Assembly (NCBI GenBank): GCA_028534125.1
Contig: CM052816.1
Location: 63,738,001-63,802,000 of the forward strand
DNA: 64,000 nucleotides
Direction: 5' to 3'
DNA from: Lama glama
Lineage: Eukaryota
How positions within the stretch are numbered: the stretch's first letter is position 1; every line of letters begins with the position of its first letter. Positions 60,171 to 64,000 of this stretch are shown in pieces. The translations under genes and the position numbers were made by a program. The notes under the pieces are model-generated. The model did no database searches and was not told where the DNA came from. It worked only from the letters and a program-made list of their open reading frames with translations.

Positions 60171-61339
60171 CTAGGTTAACTGGGAGACAGGAAATATTAA
60201 AGAGCAAAACTCCAACTTACCAACTCACAGCATTTTAGAATTGGAAGTTTTAGAGTTTTCTGGCTTAGGAATAAAAGTGATTCATCAAAGATTGTGTATT
60301 GTTCTCAGGTTCCTGACTGTGGCTAATACCACCATCATTGTTTTAGTTACTATGGCTGGATGCTCAGAATTTGAATCCTGAGCACATTGGCAAATTTACT
60401 GACAGTGGACAGTGGAATCACTCCTGTGGTGGGTGCCTCAAGAAATTAACTCTTAGTTCCTACAACCTAGACCCTGAGGTCCCCATGGGGTTTCAGCATT
60501 TCCTTAGGTTCCCCCAACTATCTATATTATTTCCCTCTTGTATTTGTTTGGTCTTATTTGTTTTGTCTTTTTCCAGCCAGAGTCAGTTTGTGTGGTTTGC
60601 AAAGATCCATAACAGATACATCCTCCTCTTCATAACATGAATCAAGTTATCAAGTCTTTTCAATTCTTTCTTCCAAATGCCTTGGATCTGCTCATTCCTC
60701 ATCACATCCTAATGCAGATTCTGGCTGTTGTCTTAATGCATGCTTTTCTTCAGCCTCCTGCCATGATTCCAGTCTCATCCCCTCACATCCACCAGGGCCA
60801 ACAATCCTGAACCAGGAGTCCTGGCACGCACACTTCTGCACTCCTGGGTTTGTTCTAAATCTCTTACAGGTCTTGGCAAAACTCTATCTGGTCCCTACTT
60901 CTCTTACCTACAAAATAAGGAGTTTCACCTAAATTACTGATTTCAAATCAGGGGCCATTTACTTTATTTCAAAAACATAAGCTATATCATTCTTTGGGGA
61001 ACATAGACCCACTAATGCATGCAGTTGATTTATTTTGGGCAGTAATTACATCAGCAAAAATATTGGTCAGCTGATGTTTACCAGAAGCTTTAATGGACAA
61101 TTCATTGTTACTGGTGAGTGAAAATGGGGAAATAAATGAATTTTAGTAAATAAATATATATTGTTTCAAATCATGGGCTCCATGGTGGCTGGGGGTAGGA
61201 GGTAGAACAGGAAAAGAGGGAGTGGATTTGTCAGGGAACTGACTGAAATAGAGGACTCTGGTGCTTGGAAGTCCAGAAATTCCTTGATTAGGCCTATAAG
61301 CTCCTTTCCAGCTGTTTGACTCCTCATTATTCAGATGCT

Positions 61340-61770
61340 TCATGACCTTATATCACTTCCAGGTTGGTCACACAAACTTCCTCCTCTGACCTTCAGTGTC
61401 CTCCACAGTCCTGTTGGTTCTATTGGTCCAGCCCTATGAAATGTCATCCCCACTGTTCTTTGCCATGAAAAGTCTGGTCCTTCTTTAAGACCCAAATCCA
61501 GTCCAACCTCTTCTTGGAGCTCTTCCCTGGCTGCTCCAGCCCTCTTTGAGCTCTTCTGTTGGGACCCAACAATCTATGAGTATCCCACACCACGTTGTTT
61601 AACATTGGATTTTGCCCTGTTTTGCTTGATTTTCTTCATCACAATCATATTGATCTTGTATTCTCAATTCAGTTGTTAAGCTTTTGAGGTTAGGGATACT
61701 GCCTTATTCTTCTGTATCTCCCATAGCACCATGTATTAAAAGATGATCCATACATTGGCAGAAAAGTCAT
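61340..61770 (+). mobile_element. L2 3' relic
   Basis: ccttctttaagacccaaatcca...taagcttttgaggttagggatactgccttattcttctgtatctcccatagcacc. Confidence 0.65.
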
Positions 61771-62769
61771 GATCAGGAATGTTAACGACTTGATAAAGTT
61801 GCACAGAGTTAGTGGCAGTACTGAGACTAGGGTACAGTTTTCCTTCTGCTGTAGCTCAGTACTCTTTGTAACTGATAGCTGGTTAAACACTTTTGGGTCA
61901 CCCTCTGTAAATCACAGATGACCAGAATGTGGAATATATCCAAAGTCTAATAGTTCCAAGTAGTGTCTGCAGCTACCTACATGCAAAATATATAAGTGCA
62001 GACAGTAGGTGACCAGAATTCTCCAGGAGCTGTTAAATGGGAGAACCCTAAGCAAGGTGGGAGAAGAAATGCCTTAAGAATGCCTAACGGCAGGACTCCA
62101 TGCAGAGCAGAACAGCTGTGAGCTCCCAAGACATCTAAGGAGCAGACAGGTACAGCTATCTGACTTGACTGCTGCTTTTATAAATGAGTAGCTCAATAGA
62201 ACAGGCAGTATAGTTAGTGAGCAGAGAGACATGGTGCCTAATATCATGCCCTTCAAGCTGTGGGACAGTTGAAATGTTATGTGCATTATCTGGCTAAAGA
62301 ACCATTGAACACATGTTCCTTTCCAACTTCTCTCAAGTGTCCTCTTCAAATGAAATACACTGGTCTGCACTTTTGTTTAGTATTGCTACTAATGAGCACA
62401 GTGGTCCACCCTGCCGGCTCTGGGTGAGGGTGTTGCCAAAGCAAGCTATCTGTAGCTTTAAGTAGGGGGATCAACTTTCTCCTGCAAGGAGGAGTAGCCA
62501 GGTGACCTTCTCTCCTTGTCACTGGGTAAGATCTTTTTAAATCTCTTGAAGATTTGGACCAAAATATCTGTGCTGAGTAGCGAGAAACTATTGTGTGGGG
62601 CTGACTAATACATAATCTTTTAGAAAGTAAAAGAATGCCCAAAGGTCCTTGTCAAGACTTTAGGATTTGGAGAGATCTGAGCTCTGCTGAGTTCCATGTG
62701 ATCACCAAGAGATAGCTGAGCTTCAAGGGCCAGGGCCACCGCTACAGAATGATTTTGTATAAAATTAGC

Positions 62770-62960
62770 TACCTACCATTTAGTGATTGCCTATCTGTGC
62801 CAACTTGCTAGGCACACTTCACCTAATTCATCTTATTTAATCTTTACAAAACCCTGCAGAATGGGTATTAGTACTCTCATTTTATAGATACAGAAACTGA
62901 CAATCAATAACTTGCTCAAGGCCACACGTTAACTAGAACTCAAACACAGTTTACTAAAAT
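62770..62960 (-). mobile_element. MIR relic
   Basis: atcttatttaatctttacaaaaccctg...ctcattttatagatacagaaactga...aacttgctcaaggccacac. Confidence 0.8.
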
Positions 62961-63097
62961 CAATAGTTCTACTAGAGCCTAAACTTTCCTATAAAAGCTG
63001 CCCCCCACCAGGACAATTTCAAGGTAATTTCTCTGTGTATAAATCTATTGAGTTAAACAAACAAAATTCTGAAGCAAAAATAATACAGAATTAGTAA

Positions 63098-63141
63098 AAA
63101 AAAAACCCAAAAAACAAAAACAAACAAACAAACAAACAAAA
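63098..63141 (+). repeat. A-rich / (AAAC)n low-complexity tract
   Basis: Read directly from the sequence. Confidence 0.85.
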
Positions 63142-63209
63142 TAACCTAGCTGAATACATGGTCTTCTCACTGCCCAGCAAATTCCATGAGAGAAGGGCTG
63201 GGGCAAGCC

Positions 63210-63560
63210 ATGCTGGAAGGTAGTAAGTGCTGTGAAGAAAAATAAAGCAGAACATGGATCTAGGCAATGTCAGAAATGGGGTGGGATGTTGGCAGTCTTA
63301 CATAGGTGGTCTAGGAAGGACTCAACAAGAGGAGGACATTAAAACACGACCCTGTGAAAAGAGGTGAGGGAGTTATCTGGCAAGAGTGCTCCAGGCAGGG
63401 GAACAGCAAGAGCAAAGGCCCTGAGGCAGGAGACTGCAAGGTGCATTGTAGGAATAACAAAGAAGACAGAGTGACTGGAATGCAGCCATCCAAGTGGAGA
63501 GTAGTAGGATGTGAGGTCAAGAGGTAATGGAGGATTACATTGTGTTGGGCTTTGTGGTTT
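63210..63560 (-). mobile_element. L2a relic
   Basis: taagtgctgtgaagaaaaataaagcag...ccaggcaggggaacagcaagagcaaaggccctgaggcagga. Confidence 0.85.
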
Positions 63561-63710
63561 TTGCAAAGAACATACATCCTTCTCTTTTCTCTGGAAAACA
63601 CAGGGCAAGTCTTCTAGATATTGGAATTTGTTTGGTCCTCCTTCCCCTGGTGTATCAAGTGCACTGAGGAAACTAGTGACCTCAACCACACTTGACCAAG
63701 TAGGCTGATT

Positions 63711-63711
<1 letters not shown>

Positions 63712-63746
<35 letters not shown>
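63712..63746 (+). repeat. (TTG)n microsatellite, about 11 units
   Basis: Read directly; it explains the poly-Asn in ORF 63339-63788. Confidence 0.95.
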
Positions 63747-63747
63747 A

Positions 63748-64000
63748 GAGTCTGAGACTGGGTCTCCCAGAAACAGACCTTGATTCAAAGATTTGGGTAC
63801 AGGTAATTTACTGGAGAGGTGAAGGAGGAACCAATAGGAGAGTAAGGAAGGAAAGTCAGCTAGTTAAGAATGCATTACCAAACCAGTTACCACTCAGGGT
63901 GTAAGAAATTTAACCCTGGGAGCTAAGGTAGAACATTTTCCTCAGAATTATTCCATCCAAAAGGTGAGGAATTTGGGGGTATTTATACACCAATCTTGCT
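63748..64000 (-). mobile_element. ERVL solo LTR, LTR16-like, running off the window end
   Basis: gtctgagactgggtctcccagaaacagacc...aagatttgggtacaggtaatttact...ggggtatttatacaccaa. Confidence 0.7.

Noticed and set aside
63339..63788. 149-aa ORF with poly-Asn
   Set aside because: It spans an LTR end, the (TTG)n microsatellite and an L2 relic, so it is not a gene

Overview
Repeat-rich, AT-rich eutherian genomic DNA with no recognisable host protein-coding exon, tRNA, rRNA, snRNA, CRISPR array or CpG island. It is either intergenic or deep intronic. The L1 3' tails are of cetartiodactyl type, and I saw no Alu, B1/B2, Can-SINE, Bov-tA/BovB, PRE-1 or CHR-2 SINEs, so a camelid is my best guess (inference). 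The window is dominated by decayed transposons. These include a 5'-intact but 3'-truncated ~5.35 kb LINE-1 (52706-58058, with dead ORF1/ORF2), several L1 and HAL1 fragments, L2 and MIR relics, solo LTRs (MER34-like x2, MER41-like x2, MLT1, ERVL LTR16-like) and hAT MITEs (MER3, MER5, MER20, MER20B, MER63A, MER102, MER112). Many of these are nested, some with visible target-site duplications. All family names come from recalled consensus sequences, not from a database search, and the boundaries are approximate. I cannot demonstrate a novel biological system. The best leads are: (i) a chain of minus-strand exon-like segments lying downstream of a minus-strand MER41-like LTR, possibly an LTR-driven spliced lncRNA; (ii) a 78-nt pre-miRNA-sized hairpin at 40905-40982 in unique sequence; (iii) STAT/IRF motifs in and near the MER41-like LTRs; (iv) several motif-dense candidate enhancers and a CTCF site.
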